This document shows positions 27,623-37,141 of a stretch of DNA of 64,000 bases, in pieces. The number at the start of each line of letters is the position of its first letter. The stretch's first letter is position 1. The DNA lies in contig JBHIAE010000006.1 in NCBI GenBank assembly GCA_046758445.1, positions 38,397 to 102,396 of the forward strand. The letters run 5' to 3'. Origin of the DNA: Candidatus Thorarchaeota archaeon (GTDB lineage: Archaea; Asgardarchaeota; Thorarchaeia; Thorarchaeales; Thorarchaeaceae). A program made the position numbers and the translations under genes. The notes beneath the pieces were generated by a model that was not told the DNA's origin, searched no databases, and worked only from the letters and a program-made list of their open reading frames with translations.

Positions 27623-29014
27623 TCAAGTGTCTTTCTCATTGGATGGCCAGAGGTCATCTTTGAGTGCTTTGACGACACCTTGCGCCGAATTGGCCGCCTG
27701 CTGCAATCCAACGCCTTCTCCAGCAGTGTCTGTGCCGACGATGTAGAGCCCCCTGACTGGAGTTCTTGGCCCGGGACGATCCAAGTCAGTCTGCCCAGGG
27801 ATCAACGCGGCACGTGTTGCGTAAGAAACCTGCATATGCTCCATCTCGATGTGCTTCAGAATCTCGGGATGGTACTTACCTAGACTGCCTTCCTTAACCT
27901 TCGTAACAATCTCCTCCGGGTCCGCACCATCCGGCATGATCATCGCCGCACCCACAAGCTCTTTTCCTTCGGGTGCACAGGAAGGGTCAAAGCTGGAGAG
28001 GGAGATTAGCCAAGTTTCAGGGCGGGGATGGACTATTACCCTAGATTTGCGGTCACCGACTACGACTCTGTCCAGGCCTAGCCAAAGGGTCAGCCCTTGT
28101 GTGAACTTCATCCGACAGCAACTGTCGAAGAAGCTTATCACATCAGGTCGGTCAGAGGCAACAATCTTGTCCATTGACCAAAGAGGAATGTTGCTGACGA
28201 CCGTTGTTGCAGGAATCTGCTTGCCTGCTGCAACCAGACCCGTGACTCTCCCATCCTGTTCCAGGATGCTCTCCACAGGGGCATTCAAAACGTAGTCACC
28301 TGAGATTGCTTCGGCGACTCTATCAACTAGGCCCTTCATTCCACCAATGACGTATCCTTCGTCATATTGGTCGCTTCCAAACAGTAGGTTCTTGGCCGAC
28401 TGAATTCTGCCGCTCTCCTTGTCAGTGTCCTTCAGTGTACGCAGTGCCTCATATGCTGACGCCTTGTCAATTGGCACTCCTGCAGCCATGTAGATGGCAC
28501 TCTGCATCACATCCAGCATTACTTGATCTGTGGCTCCTTCTGATTCCATGAACTCTTGGAACGAGATGTTCCTGTACCGCTCCATCTCTTCAAGACTCAT
28601 GGTCTTGATCTTGGCCCCGATCCTTGCCAGTCCAAGTCTGCCACGTATCCCAGTCAAGGGCCATCTGAGGGTTTCACCTATGCTCGAAGGAATGGTACCT
28701 ACCTTGTCGTGTACCCTAAAGAACCAACCTTCATGCAGTACAAACTCCGGAGGGGGATCCAAGTATGAATTCATGAATCGAGCAAAGGCGCCTCTCTTGA
28801 CACGCGTGATGATGTGTAGGCCTTGATCGACACGGTATCCATCTACCCAGTAACCGTGCCAGACTCCACCCAGGCGCTCGGCCTCTTCGATAATCAGAAC
28901 TCTCTTCTCCTCGGCTGTGAGAGCAAGAGAGGTCAGGAGACCTCCTGCGCCGCTTCCTGCCACTATCACGTCGTAGTCGGAAGGGTCAACTCTCTCAATG
29001 GTTGTTTCGCGCAT
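27623..29014 (-). CDS. FAD-dependent oxidoreductase (phytoene dehydrogenase-like)
   Basis: DVIVAG.GAGGL, GGV....GY.VD.G.H, TPV.GLYIVG.D. Confidence 0.88.
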   Translation of the reverse strand: MRETTIERVDPSDYDVIVAGSGAGGLLTSLALTAEEKRVLIIEEAERLGGVWHGYWVDGYRVDQGLHIITRVKRGAFARFMNSYLDPPPEFVLHEGWFFRVHDKVGTIPSSIGETLRWPLTGIRGRLGLARIGAKIKTMSLEEMERYRNISFQEFMESEGATDQVMLDVMQSAIYMAAGVPIDKASAYEALRTLKDTDKESGRIQSAKNLLFGSDQYDEGYVIGGMKGLVDRVAEAISGDYVLNAPVESILEQDGRVTGLVAAGKQIPATTVVSNIPLWSMDKIVASDRPDVISFFDSCCRMKFTQGLTLWLGLDRVVVGDRKSRVIVHPRPETWLISLSSFDPSCAPEGKELVGAAMIMPDGADPEEIVTKVKEGSLGKYHPEILKHIEMEHMQVSYATRAALIPGQTDLDRPGPRTPVRGLYIVGTDTAGEGVGLQQAANSAQGVVKALKDDLWPSNEKDT

Positions 29015-29087
29015 GAGGGACTCGGGTCACGCTCTGAGTCGTTCCTACTTAAGGCTGTCCGCGAGGATGTTTCACAGCATCATCAGT

Positions 29088-30191
29088 CTATAGTATCTCT
29101 ACCGCACGCGTCTTGTCCGAAGACTCGTAAGCTGCGTCAACAATCCTATGCGCAGCAATGGCATCTGAGAAATCAGGAGAAGGATCTGTATCTGACTGGA
29201 CTGCCTTGATGAACGCATAGCTGAGTGCGGAGTATCTCTCTGTTCCAACGACTGTCAGAGCGTCGTATGCCTCAGGGGCCATGTTTTTCGCGTGGACTCC
29301 GAGAACCTCTAGTAGCGCGTTGTTGGCATTCTCCGCATGTATTCGCACAGGACTCTCATCCTTCAACTGAAAGTCCAACCATCTCTTTCCAGCCTCCAGA
29401 GTGATGCCAATGAATCCATTCTCGAAGAAGAACTCCATCATTCGCTCATTGGCACGGTCCAATGAGTGCCAAATAGAATCTAGAGTGCTCACAGCACCCT
29501 CTTTGTGTGTCAGAATCAGAGATGCTTGGTCTTCCACCTCGCGTTTTGAGTAAAAGCCGACCTTGGCATAGACACTGGCAATGTCACCAAGGAACCACTG
29601 AAGGACATCTATGTCATGGATGCTATGTTCAATCAAGGCCCCTCCACCTGCGATTAAGTGATTCCCACGCCATTGTGTATAGTATCCGTGGTCAATCGGG
29701 AAGTGTTGGTCGACGCGAATGTGGGCCAGAATGGGGTATCCGAAGTCCCGAGTTTCGATTAGGTTCTTTGCATAGAGAAGGAACGGGTCATATCTCAGAA
29801 CAAGTCCGGAACCAGCCTTTACTCCTGCATCTTTTGTCACAGCAAACATCTCTCGAGCCTGAGGACAGCTGTGTGCAAGCGGTTTCTCGCAGAATATGTC
29901 CTTCCTCGCCCGAGCCGCCGCCTTTACAATGTCAGTATGCTTGTTGGTCGGAGTGCACACGTAGACAATGTCGACAGCTTCGTCGTTGATGAGATCATTG
30001 TAGTCCAGATAGGTGTTAGCTGCGCCAAACAGCTCTGCTGCACTGTTGAGAGATTCTTCATCAATGTCACAAAGTGCAGAAATGTCTACATTCACGAGCC
30101 CTGCATCACGTAATGCTATGATGCCATTCAGATGGGTTCGGCCAATGGTTCCCGTTCCAATCAAGCCCAAGCCAGTCTTTGCCTTGCTCAA
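29088..30191 (-). CDS. Gfo/Idh/MocA family oxidoreductase
   Basis: IGTGTIG, VCTP...H, CEKP, GGG.L....H.ID. Confidence 0.93.
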   Translation of the reverse strand: MSKAKTGLGLIGTGTIGRTHLNGIIALRDAGLVNVDISALCDIDEESLNSAAELFGAANTYLDYNDLINDEAVDIVYVCTPTNKHTDIVKAAARARKDIFCEKPLAHSCPQAREMFAVTKDAGVKAGSGLVLRYDPFLLYAKNLIETRDFGYPILAHIRVDQHFPIDHGYYTQWRGNHLIAGGGALIEHSIHDIDVLQWFLGDIASVYAKVGFYSKREVEDQASLILTHKEGAVSTLDSIWHSLDRANERMMEFFFENGFIGITLEAGKRWLDFQLKDESPVRIHAENANNALLEVLGVHAKNMAPEAYDALTVVGTERYSALSYAFIKAVQSDTDPSPDFSDAIAAHRIVDAAYESSDKTRAVEIL

Positions 30192-30320
30192 CGGGTCTCA
30201 ACTACCACAGCAGCATGGCCACGTAGATATTTGAGTTTTTGCGACCCCTTGTTCGTCCCGAGAAACACGGCTATTCTTAATAAGCATCAAGAAATGAGGG
30301 AGTTGACAGGAGAAATCGTA

Positions 30321-32165
30321 GTGACCTCCGCAGACAAGCTGTTGATGGACGCAAAAGCCGCACTCGAAGAGGGTAGGAGAGAGTCCGCTGCAAGATCAAT
30401 CAGCTTGGCTGCAAAGGTCTTTGCCTCACAGGAAGAGTACGAGAATGCAGCCACGCTCTATGAGAGAGCTGGATTCATCTATCGTGACATATATCTCGCC
30501 TACGAGTCCTACCAGTCATTTGACAATGCCACGCTCATGCTCATACGACAACCGACATCAGATAAGATTCACAGAAAGATTGTCGATCTGAACTCTAGGG
30601 CAGGAAAGATAGCTGAAGAGGCGACCGACTATAAGCGAGCGGCTGACTTCTATTTCAGAGCCGCCGATTTCAGTGCTAATGAAGAGGAAAAGAGAGACCT
30701 TACCATCAAAGCGGCCGACGCTCTTGAGAATCTTGCTGATGTAAGAGAGGAAGAACAGGACCTTGAGAGTGCCGTCAGCCTTCTAAAGAAGGTAGGAAGG
30801 CTCTACTACACCAGCGGCGACGATGAGTTGGGGGGAAGAATCAACGACCGTGCAGTGAAGGTGTCCATGAAATGGGCAAAGAAAGCCAGAGAGGAGGGAG
30901 ATCTGCTATGTGCTGGCAACGCACTGGCAGAGGCAGCTCAGATCATTCAAACAGGAGGGGAGTTGCCCGAAGCCACTCGTCTAATGATGGATGCAGGTGA
31001 GCTCTACGAGGCCGTAGAACTGTTCGAGAAAGCCGGAAACATATATGATGCCGCTCAGGAGGCATTCAAGTTCCTGAGGTTGACTTCTGCAAGAAGGAAT
31101 GCCATGATGAAAGCTGCCGAGGCCTACCTAAAGATGGAGGGCGTCCCGGAGGTCGTCGCCCCACTCTTGGTGAAGTCCGGGAATCTCTTCTGGGAGGCTG
31201 GAAGTAACATGAAGGCCAAATGGGCATTCAAACGTGGGAGTGAGCTCTTTGGTGACCTTGCTGTCAAAGCAAGAGAGAGCGAAGAAGTGGACTCCGAGAA
31301 GAAATTCCTGAGATATCAAGCGATGTGCCTATTGAAATGGGGACGTGATGAAGAGGCAAACGAGATCTACCAAGACGTTGTAGACTACTATCTGGAACAG
31401 GCGAAATCAGAAGAGAAGAACGATAACAAGGAAGCACAAGCTGTAGCACTTGAAGCCGCTGCTGAAGTGCTGGATGAGTCCGGAAGAGTCGAGGAGGCCA
31501 GATCGCATTCAACGACAGCACTTGATATCTATGTTGGTCTCGCAAAGGATTTCTCCTCTTCTCAGCAGTTCGACGAGAGTTCGAGATTCTATAGCAAGGC
31601 GGCTGAATGTTCCATGAGGCTGGGTGATACCGCAACTAGCCAGGAATACCACAAGATATCCAGTGAGAGTGCAGAGCGAGCGGCCAAAGTCTATCAGGAA
31701 ATGGGGATTCCCGAAATCACAACGATTTGGCTGAGAACTGCAGGTAGCGAGGCTCTCAGAACCAAAGATGATGATATGGTTGACAATGCGATAGGTCTGT
31801 TAAGATTGTCAGCAGATGGATTTGAAAGGATGGGAGAAATCGACAATACATTCGAGGACCTATTTGCCGTTTTTGAGGCCACATTCACGTATCGTCCAGA
31901 CAAACGAGAGGAGATAGCTGAAATACTATCGCGGATGGAGGAGATTGCTAGGAACACGCAGGATTTCAAGATGGAATCTTTGCTGGCAGTACTTCTTTCT
32001 CTGGAGAAAGGGAATCCAACGGCGGCGCTGCTGACCCTTCAGGAAAGAGAGGACGAGCTTCTTCCGAAGCGTGAACGTCTTCTGACATTGGTGGACCAGT
32101 CCAAGAGAGTCCGGGCACCCGAAGACATCAAGGGTACAGGAAGAACGCATTGGCTATACAAATGA
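30321..32165 (+). CDS. Large alpha-solenoid (TPR/SNAP-like repeat) protein
   Basis: Recurrent AA..Y..AA / AG..Y..A helical repeats over ~600 aa; start GTG 30321 (or ATG 30294). Confidence 0.8.
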   Translation: MTSADKLLMDAKAALEEGRRESAARSISLAAKVFASQEEYENAATLYERAGFIYRDIYLAYESYQSFDNATLMLIRQPTSDKIHRKIVDLNSRAGKIAEEATDYKRAADFYFRAADFSANEEEKRDLTIKAADALENLADVREEEQDLESAVSLLKKVGRLYYTSGDDELGGRINDRAVKVSMKWAKKAREEGDLLCAGNALAEAAQIIQTGGELPEATRLMMDAGELYEAVELFEKAGNIYDAAQEAFKFLRLTSARRNAMMKAAEAYLKMEGVPEVVAPLLVKSGNLFWEAGSNMKAKWAFKRGSELFGDLAVKARESEEVDSEKKFLRYQAMCLLKWGRDEEANEIYQDVVDYYLEQAKSEEKNDNKEAQAVALEAAAEVLDESGRVEEARSHSTTALDIYVGLAKDFSSSQQFDESSRFYSKAAECSMRLGDTATSQEYHKISSESAERAAKVYQEMGIPEITTIWLRTAGSEALRTKDDDMVDNAIGLLRLSADGFERMGEIDNTFEDLFAVFEATFTYRPDKREEIAEILSRMEEIARNTQDFKMESLLAVLLSLEKGNPTAALLTLQEREDELLPKRERLLTLVDQSKRVRAPEDIKGTGRTHWLYK

Positions 32166-32302
32166 TGGCCCGTCGACCCCTTCATGCAGATCGTGGATCC
32201 CTATCTTCTGTTCTCCAATCGTAGAGAGGAAAGAGGGAAAAGGTGTCATAGCTTCTTCGGAAATGAATGAGCATCAACAGATACTAGACAAGGTGAGTTC
32301 AG

Positions 32303-32722
32303 TTGGGGTCGTATCACAAGACGATATCGTTCAGTACCAAAGGAAATTGTGACATGATTGACGTGACCAGTAGGGTTGCTGAGGTTGTGAAACAGAGTGG
32401 GCTTAGTGAAGGTATATGCACTGTGTTCTGTCCAGGATCAACAGCCTCTGTAATCACAATAGAGTACGAAAGCGGCCTTCTGAAGGATTTTCCCGAAGCG
32501 ATGGAAAGACTTGCACCTAAGGATATAGTCTATGAACATCATCTGCGTTGGGGTGACGGAAACGGCCACTCACATATCCGTGCGTCAATTGTGGGGCCTA
32601 GTTTGACAGTCCCTTTTGTAAATGGGTCTTTGACAATTGGAACTTGGCAACAAATAGCATACTGTGATTTTGACAACAGGGCCAGAGATAGGAAATTGGA
32701 GTTAATGCTTCTCGGAGAATGA
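32303..32722 (+). CDS. yjbQ: YjbQ/UPF0047 family protein
   Basis: GSTA.V.TIE.E, Y.H....D.NGHSH, GTWQ.I...DFD. Confidence 0.93.
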   Translation: MGSYHKTISFSTKGNCDMIDVTSRVAEVVKQSGLSEGICTVFCPGSTASVITIEYESGLLKDFPEAMERLAPKDIVYEHHLRWGDGNGHSHIRASIVGPSLTVPFVNGSLTIGTWQQIAYCDFDNRARDRKLELMLLGE

Positions 32723-32992
32723 CTAGACAGAGTCGATGCCGTCCTCTAGATCCCACTCGAGTTCGTTTGTTCCAAGCGGTACCGGACTTGAGTCGCGTAT
32801 CTTGTAGGCCAAGTAGTGAATCCGCAGTGACCTACGAAGTCTGTGAAGGTGGAAAGGGGACTTCCAATCGGGACTATTCTTCCTGTAGTCAAAAGTGTCC
32901 ATCAGGTCCCGAACCGTTTCCAACTCCTTCTTGACCTGCGCCTTGACTTCCTCAATATCTCGGTCAATCGTGAGTGTGGATTTCCCTGTCAC
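32723..32992 (-). CDS. Hypothetical protein
   Basis: 89-aa ORF with GAGGT SD-like site, filling the gap. Confidence 0.55.
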   Translation of the reverse strand: MTGKSTLTIDRDIEEVKAQVKKELETVRDLMDTFDYRKNSPDWKSPFHLHRLRRSLRIHYLAYKIRDSSPVPLGTNELEWDLEDGIDSV

Positions 32993-33065
32993 TTCAAGTT
33001 ACCTCGTTGAGAGTTCTCTCGTGGATTCCATTAAACAAGTAGTATAACTAGAGTAATACTAAGAG

Positions 33066-33590
33066 TTAGGTCACTTCTCGCTTATGTCCGGCCTTTCGCC
33101 GCATCTGCGTGCCGCACACTGGGCACTCAAGAATGGTCTTGTCATTTTCTTCCTGATGTCCACATGCTGGACATCTGATTCGCCATCGGATAACGTGTCG
33201 CATTCGTCGATCTGGGTCTATCGTATCAAGACCAAGAGATGCGGCGGTATTCAGTAGGGCAAGATCTGTCGAAACGACAGCCACATTGAGATCTAGTCTA
33301 GACTCTTGAAGTGTGAGTGCGATGAGCTCAATGTCTGTCGCAGAAAGAACAGATGAATCACCTGTGGCATCAGCGGCCTTCGTAGCATCCTTGATGTGAT
33401 CAGGTTCAGGCACCTCAACTCTCAGTCGTCCTGTGGAGATAAGACTCTCAGCTCGCTCTCGACTTGGACGATTGCGAATCTCATCAAGTACAGCCGGTGT
33501 TGTTAGGAAGACAGCGTCTGGATTCTGGCGCGTCCATTGAAAGAGAAGCGCAGCCACGTCTAGAACGAATCGAGTCAATATGTCGGCCAC
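33066..33590 (-). CDS. nob1: Nob1-like PIN endonuclease with Zn ribbon
   Basis: VLD, T...V.DEI, TGD..VLS.TD, STD.AL.N.A, C..CG...CP.CG. Confidence 0.88.
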   Translation of the reverse strand: MADILTRFVLDVAALLFQWTRQNPDAVFLTTPAVLDEIRNRPSRERAESLISTGRLRVEVPEPDHIKDATKAADATGDSSVLSATDIELIALTLQESRLDLNVAVVSTDLALLNTAASLGLDTIDPDRRMRHVIRWRIRCPACGHQEENDKTILECPVCGTQMRRKAGHKREVT

Positions 33591-34469
33591 CTAGAGCGTT
33601 CTTGGTACTAGCCTTGTATTGACTCGGTCCCAGTAGTTGTCGTACAGTCGTATGAACCTAGTCACGCTCTTTGCCTTCTTGACCCAAACGGTTTCCGATG
33701 GCTTGACATCCCACCTTGTCTGACCGTCAATTACAGCAAGGCCTGGAGCCCCGGGCTTTACGAGCTCAAGTTCAATCACAGAAGTATCAGGGATGACTAC
33801 CGACTTCAGCTCAAAGCGAGGAGGACATACTGGCACGAATATGAACCCATGGACATCGGGGGACAAGATTGACCCTCCCGCCGCAAGAGCATAGGCTGTC
33901 GATCCACAAGGTGTGGCAACCATAGCACCATCTGCCCTGCCATAGTCTATTCGAACACCATCTAGATGAACTTGGAAAGTCAGCAATCTGCCTGGTACAC
34001 CGGACACAACGTAGACTTCGTTAAGTGCATCCTCAAACTGCTGATCTTCTATACCAGACACAATATTCACATTCTTCTCAATCACACATTCGTCCTTGAG
34101 CACTTTCTCCAGAGCATTCAGAGCAGTTGTTGTACTTGTTTCCGTGAGAAAGCCCACACTGCCGCGATTTACACAGAAGAGCGGTGTTTCACGGTTATTT
34201 AGCTTGGAGAGCGTGTACAGGATTGTGCCATCCCCGCCGATTGTGATCACAAAGTCTACCTTCATTTCTTCGATGGGGGTCCCAACGGCCCTTTCGTCAT
34301 TCACTCCGCATGAGCCAAGATCCACTTTCACATTGATGTCTTGTGAAATCAAGAACTCCGCAATCCGATTTGCAGCCTGTTCGACTTCAGGACGACCAGG
34401 CTTACAGACAATACCTACCGCTCTCTGCTTCGTCAGGATTTGCGGCTTCTCCTCAATCAAGATCCACAC
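33591..34469 (-). CDS. NAD(+)/NADH kinase
   Basis: GGDGT, G.VGFL, ALNE, ADG..VATP.GSTAY.LAAGG. Confidence 0.95.
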   Translation of the reverse strand: MWILIEEKPQILTKQRAVGIVCKPGRPEVEQAANRIAEFLISQDINVKVDLGSCGVNDERAVGTPIEEMKVDFVITIGGDGTILYTLSKLNNRETPLFCVNRGSVGFLTETSTTTALNALEKVLKDECVIEKNVNIVSGIEDQQFEDALNEVYVVSGVPGRLLTFQVHLDGVRIDYGRADGAMVATPCGSTAYALAAGGSILSPDVHGFIFVPVCPPRFELKSVVIPDTSVIELELVKPGAPGLAVIDGQTRWDVKPSETVWVKKAKSVTRFIRLYDNYWDRVNTRLVPRTL

Positions 34470-34609
34470 TTCCGAGTGCCCGAGAATACATCTCCCTTTT
34501 ACTCTTGTTGTTGTCCCTGTGGCAATAGAAGATTAGCATCCCGCAAAGTATTTAGATGACTCAGAGTGTGTCTGGCTCGAACAGCCTGAGATTCACCTGG
34601 TGATACATT

Positions 34610-35008
34610 TTGAGCATCAAGAAGACAGTCGTAAAAAGTCTGAAACCTGGTAGCTACTTTCTGATTGAAGATGAACCTTGCAGAATAGTGTCAATAGAGA
34701 AATCGAAGCCCGGAAAGCACGGAGCTGCCAAGGCCAACATTACCGCAATCGGATTCTTCGACAATAGGAAAAGAAACGTAATAATGCCTGCCGATCGCAT
34801 GGTTGACGTGCCTCTTATCGACAAAAGAAGTGCAACCATTATTGCTGACATGGGCGAAACCTTGAGTCTGATGGATGCAGGGGAACCTTACGAAACGTTT
34901 GAGGTGAGTCGACCAACCGATGAGAAGATGGCCGCGAAGATTCAGCTCAACGCAGAGGTAGAAGTCTGGGACGTCATGGGCAAACGAGTGATTACCAGGG
35001 TCAAGTAG
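34610..35008 (+). CDS. eif5a: Translation factor aIF-5A
   Basis: Hypusine motif SKPGKHGAAK. Confidence 0.97.
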   Translation: MSIKKTVVKSLKPGSYFLIEDEPCRIVSIEKSKPGKHGAAKANITAIGFFDNRKRNVIMPADRMVDVPLIDKRSATIIADMGETLSLMDAGEPYETFEVSRPTDEKMAAKIQLNAEVEVWDVMGKRVITRVK

Positions 35009-35100
35009 TACTATCTGTAGAAGCAGAACAGGCGCGTTGGACATCTCAAAGACCTATAGTTTATCTCTTGCCAGATGCAGAGAGCGTTAGGCTTTCCGAG

Positions 35101-35553
35101 ATGGTCCATATGGGGTCAAATGAGAGAATAGATCGATTTGATGAGAAGATAATTGAGGAACTCCTTCTGGACTCGAGAAGTTCACTCAGGGATATCGGCA
35201 AGAAAGTCAAACTTAGTGCTAGTTCTGTACGTAATCGGATGGCACGACTAAAAGAACTGGGAGTCGTCAGGCGCTATACTGTGGATGTCGATTGGCGAAA
35301 GATGGGATATGACATTCAGGTCCTACTTCTCATCACTTCATGGACTGGTGCATCCAGAGAGATATACGAAACCCTGACCTATTATGAACAGGTGATGCAG
35401 ATATTTCGGACATCGGGTCCCACTAACCTAGTCTGCATTGTTCGAGTCAGAAACATGCACGAACTGTCGCAGTTCATCACAAACAGGCTCGAGGGTATCA
35501 GAGGTGTAGAAAAGATCGACACCATGTTCTTGATGCCGGTGCCTGAGAGGTGA
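35101..35553 (+). CDS. Lrp/AsnC family transcriptional regulator
   Basis: D..D.KI..EL..DSR.S...I...V.LS.S.V..R...L...GV. Confidence 0.92.
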   Translation: MVHMGSNERIDRFDEKIIEELLLDSRSSLRDIGKKVKLSASSVRNRMARLKELGVVRRYTVDVDWRKMGYDIQVLLLITSWTGASREIYETLTYYEQVMQIFRTSGPTNLVCIVRVRNMHELSQFITNRLEGIRGVEKIDTMFLMPVPER

Positions 35554-35617
35554 CTAGGTATATGTCCTAGGAAGGCACATACCCTAGACAGATTCAATTC
35601 AACTCCTTAATTTAGAC

Positions 35618-35735
35618 TGGTGCGGAGGGCGAGATTCGAACTCGCGATTCAGGCACGAATTGGCAGGCAATCCGCAAACCCCTACGAGACAGGGACCTGA
35701 GCCCTGCGCCTTTGACCTGGCTTGGCAACCTCCGC
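35618..35735 (-). tRNA. tRNA-Leu(CAG) with ~30-nt intron at the variable-arm/T-stem junction; CCA encoded
   Basis: Minus strand reads GCGGAGG-TT-GCCAAGCCAGGTCAAAGGC-G-CAGGG-CTCAGGT-CCCTG-TCTCGTAGGGGTT-[~35647-35676]-C-GCGAG-TTCGAAT-CTCGC-CCTCCGC-ACCA; all stems pair. Confidence 0.92.
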
Positions 35736-35834
35736 ACTGTTTGAGAAAGTCACTGGAATACGTGGGCACCGGATTCTTCTTTTTACCTTTTCGGGGAATC
35801 GAACGTCTGAGGAAGATGCTACTAGCCTGTGAAA

Positions 35835-36293
35835 TCAACGAATCTTCTCCTGCAACCAGTCAGGGATTCTGAAGTCTGATATGACTTGCAGGCGACCATT
35901 TGCCCAATCAGCGTAGGGCTTGACATCAAGAATGGGGGTGCCATCGACTGCATCAAACCCCCTGACCCAGAGTGTATCCCCCTCGCGCTTCACCAACTCG
36001 ACAGTCGTCAAGCCAATAGGATTGGGACGTACGGGGGCTCTTGTAGCGAATATGCCCACAGGCAGGTCTGATGAAGCCCCCGGATGGATGAGCGTCTTGT
36101 CTGATTCCGACATTCTATGTAGCCAGAATATGATGGAAACGTGAGAAAACTCCTCAATGCCTACGAGTCCCGGAACTAGATCTTCTCTGAATACAATCCT
36201 TGAAACAAGGTTCTGGTCTCGTTCGTTCTCTTCTGGTGATTCTGGCTGAACTAATGCTATGATTCTCACTTCTATCGGTTCAAGAGAAGACAA
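35835..36293 (-). CDS. trmO: tRNA (t6A37-N6)-methyltransferase TrmO/TsaA
   Basis: GIEEFSH..IIFWLH, GIFATRAP.RPNPIG.T.V, DA.DGTPILDVKPY. Confidence 0.93.
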   Translation of the reverse strand: MSSLEPIEVRIIALVQPESPEENERDQNLVSRIVFREDLVPGLVGIEEFSHVSIIFWLHRMSESDKTLIHPGASSDLPVGIFATRAPVRPNPIGLTTVELVKREGDTLWVRGFDAVDGTPILDVKPYADWANGRLQVISDFRIPDWLQEKIR

Positions 36294-36388
36294 CTACACC
36301 ACGTCACCTGCCCTTATTGTGGTCCAGAAGGGCAAGATAGGAACCGAAACATCGCTTATGAACTATTCATCCGCCCCTATGCATCCGT

Positions 36389-37141
36389 TCAGCCATGAAC
36401 ACGTGCTTTTGCCATCCGTTTCCGAAGACTTGTCCAATCACCCATTCTGTCAACCACTGACCCGGTAGATAGAGCCTCTCCTACAGGACCATTAAACACA
36501 ATCTTACCCTCATCCAAGACGGTTACAGATTCTGCCCAGTTCTCAAGGAAGAAACGATTGTGAGTTGTGTACATAATGCTCAGACCTTCTTGACGAAGCT
36601 CTCTAATGATGTCAACAATTCCGGAGACCATCTCAAAGTCAAGACCTGAGAAGGGTTCGTCAAGGATTAGAATGCTTGGACGCATAGCAACGATGCCAGC
36701 CAGTGCGACCCTCTTGGCTTGACCGTGACTCAGCTGGTTCACAGGTTGGTCAGTAAAATCATTCATCTTGACAGTATCAAGAGCCCATTCTACTCTCTTT
36801 GATGCTTCTTCTTCGGATAGGCCGAGATTTGTGGGTCCAAAAGCCACATCTTCCCACACAGTAGGTGCGAAGAGTTGATCATTCGGATTCTGAAAGAGAA
36901 AACCAATGTCTTGGCGTACCTCCCAGAGGCTCTCGCGAGTGAGCTTCCGATCAAAAACGAAGACCTCGCCCGAATGAGGCTCCAAGAGCCCGACTATCAG
37001 TTTGAATAGAGTTGTCTTGCCTGAGCCGTTTAGGCCCACGATGGCCTTCTGCTCTCCAACATGAAGCTGAAGATTGATGTTTTCCATCCGAAATCCATTG
37101 TATCGGAAATTCACTTTGATTAGATCAATTGCGCATGTCAT
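36389..37141 (-). CDS. ECF Ni/Co transporter ATPase (CbiO/NikO)
   Basis: G.NGSGKTT, FQNP.DQLF.PTV.EDVAFGP.NLG, LS.GQ.KRVALAG. Confidence 0.93.
   Translation of the reverse strand: MTCAIDLIKVNFRYNGFRMENINLQLHVGEQKAIVGLNGSGKTTLFKLIVGLLEPHSGEVFVFDRKLTRESLWEVRQDIGFLFQNPNDQLFAPTVWEDVAFGPTNLGLSEEEASKRVEWALDTVKMNDFTDQPVNQLSHGQAKRVALAGIVAMRPSILILDEPFSGLDFEMVSGIVDIIRELRQEGLSIMYTTHNRFFLENWAESVTVLDEGKIVFNGPVGEALSTGSVVDRMGDWTSLRKRMAKARVHG

Noticed and set aside
35599-35872. Short ORFs over the tRNA-Leu locus (and 50812-51073, 51731-51919 over the tRNA-His copies)
   Set aside because: Explained by tRNA sequence.
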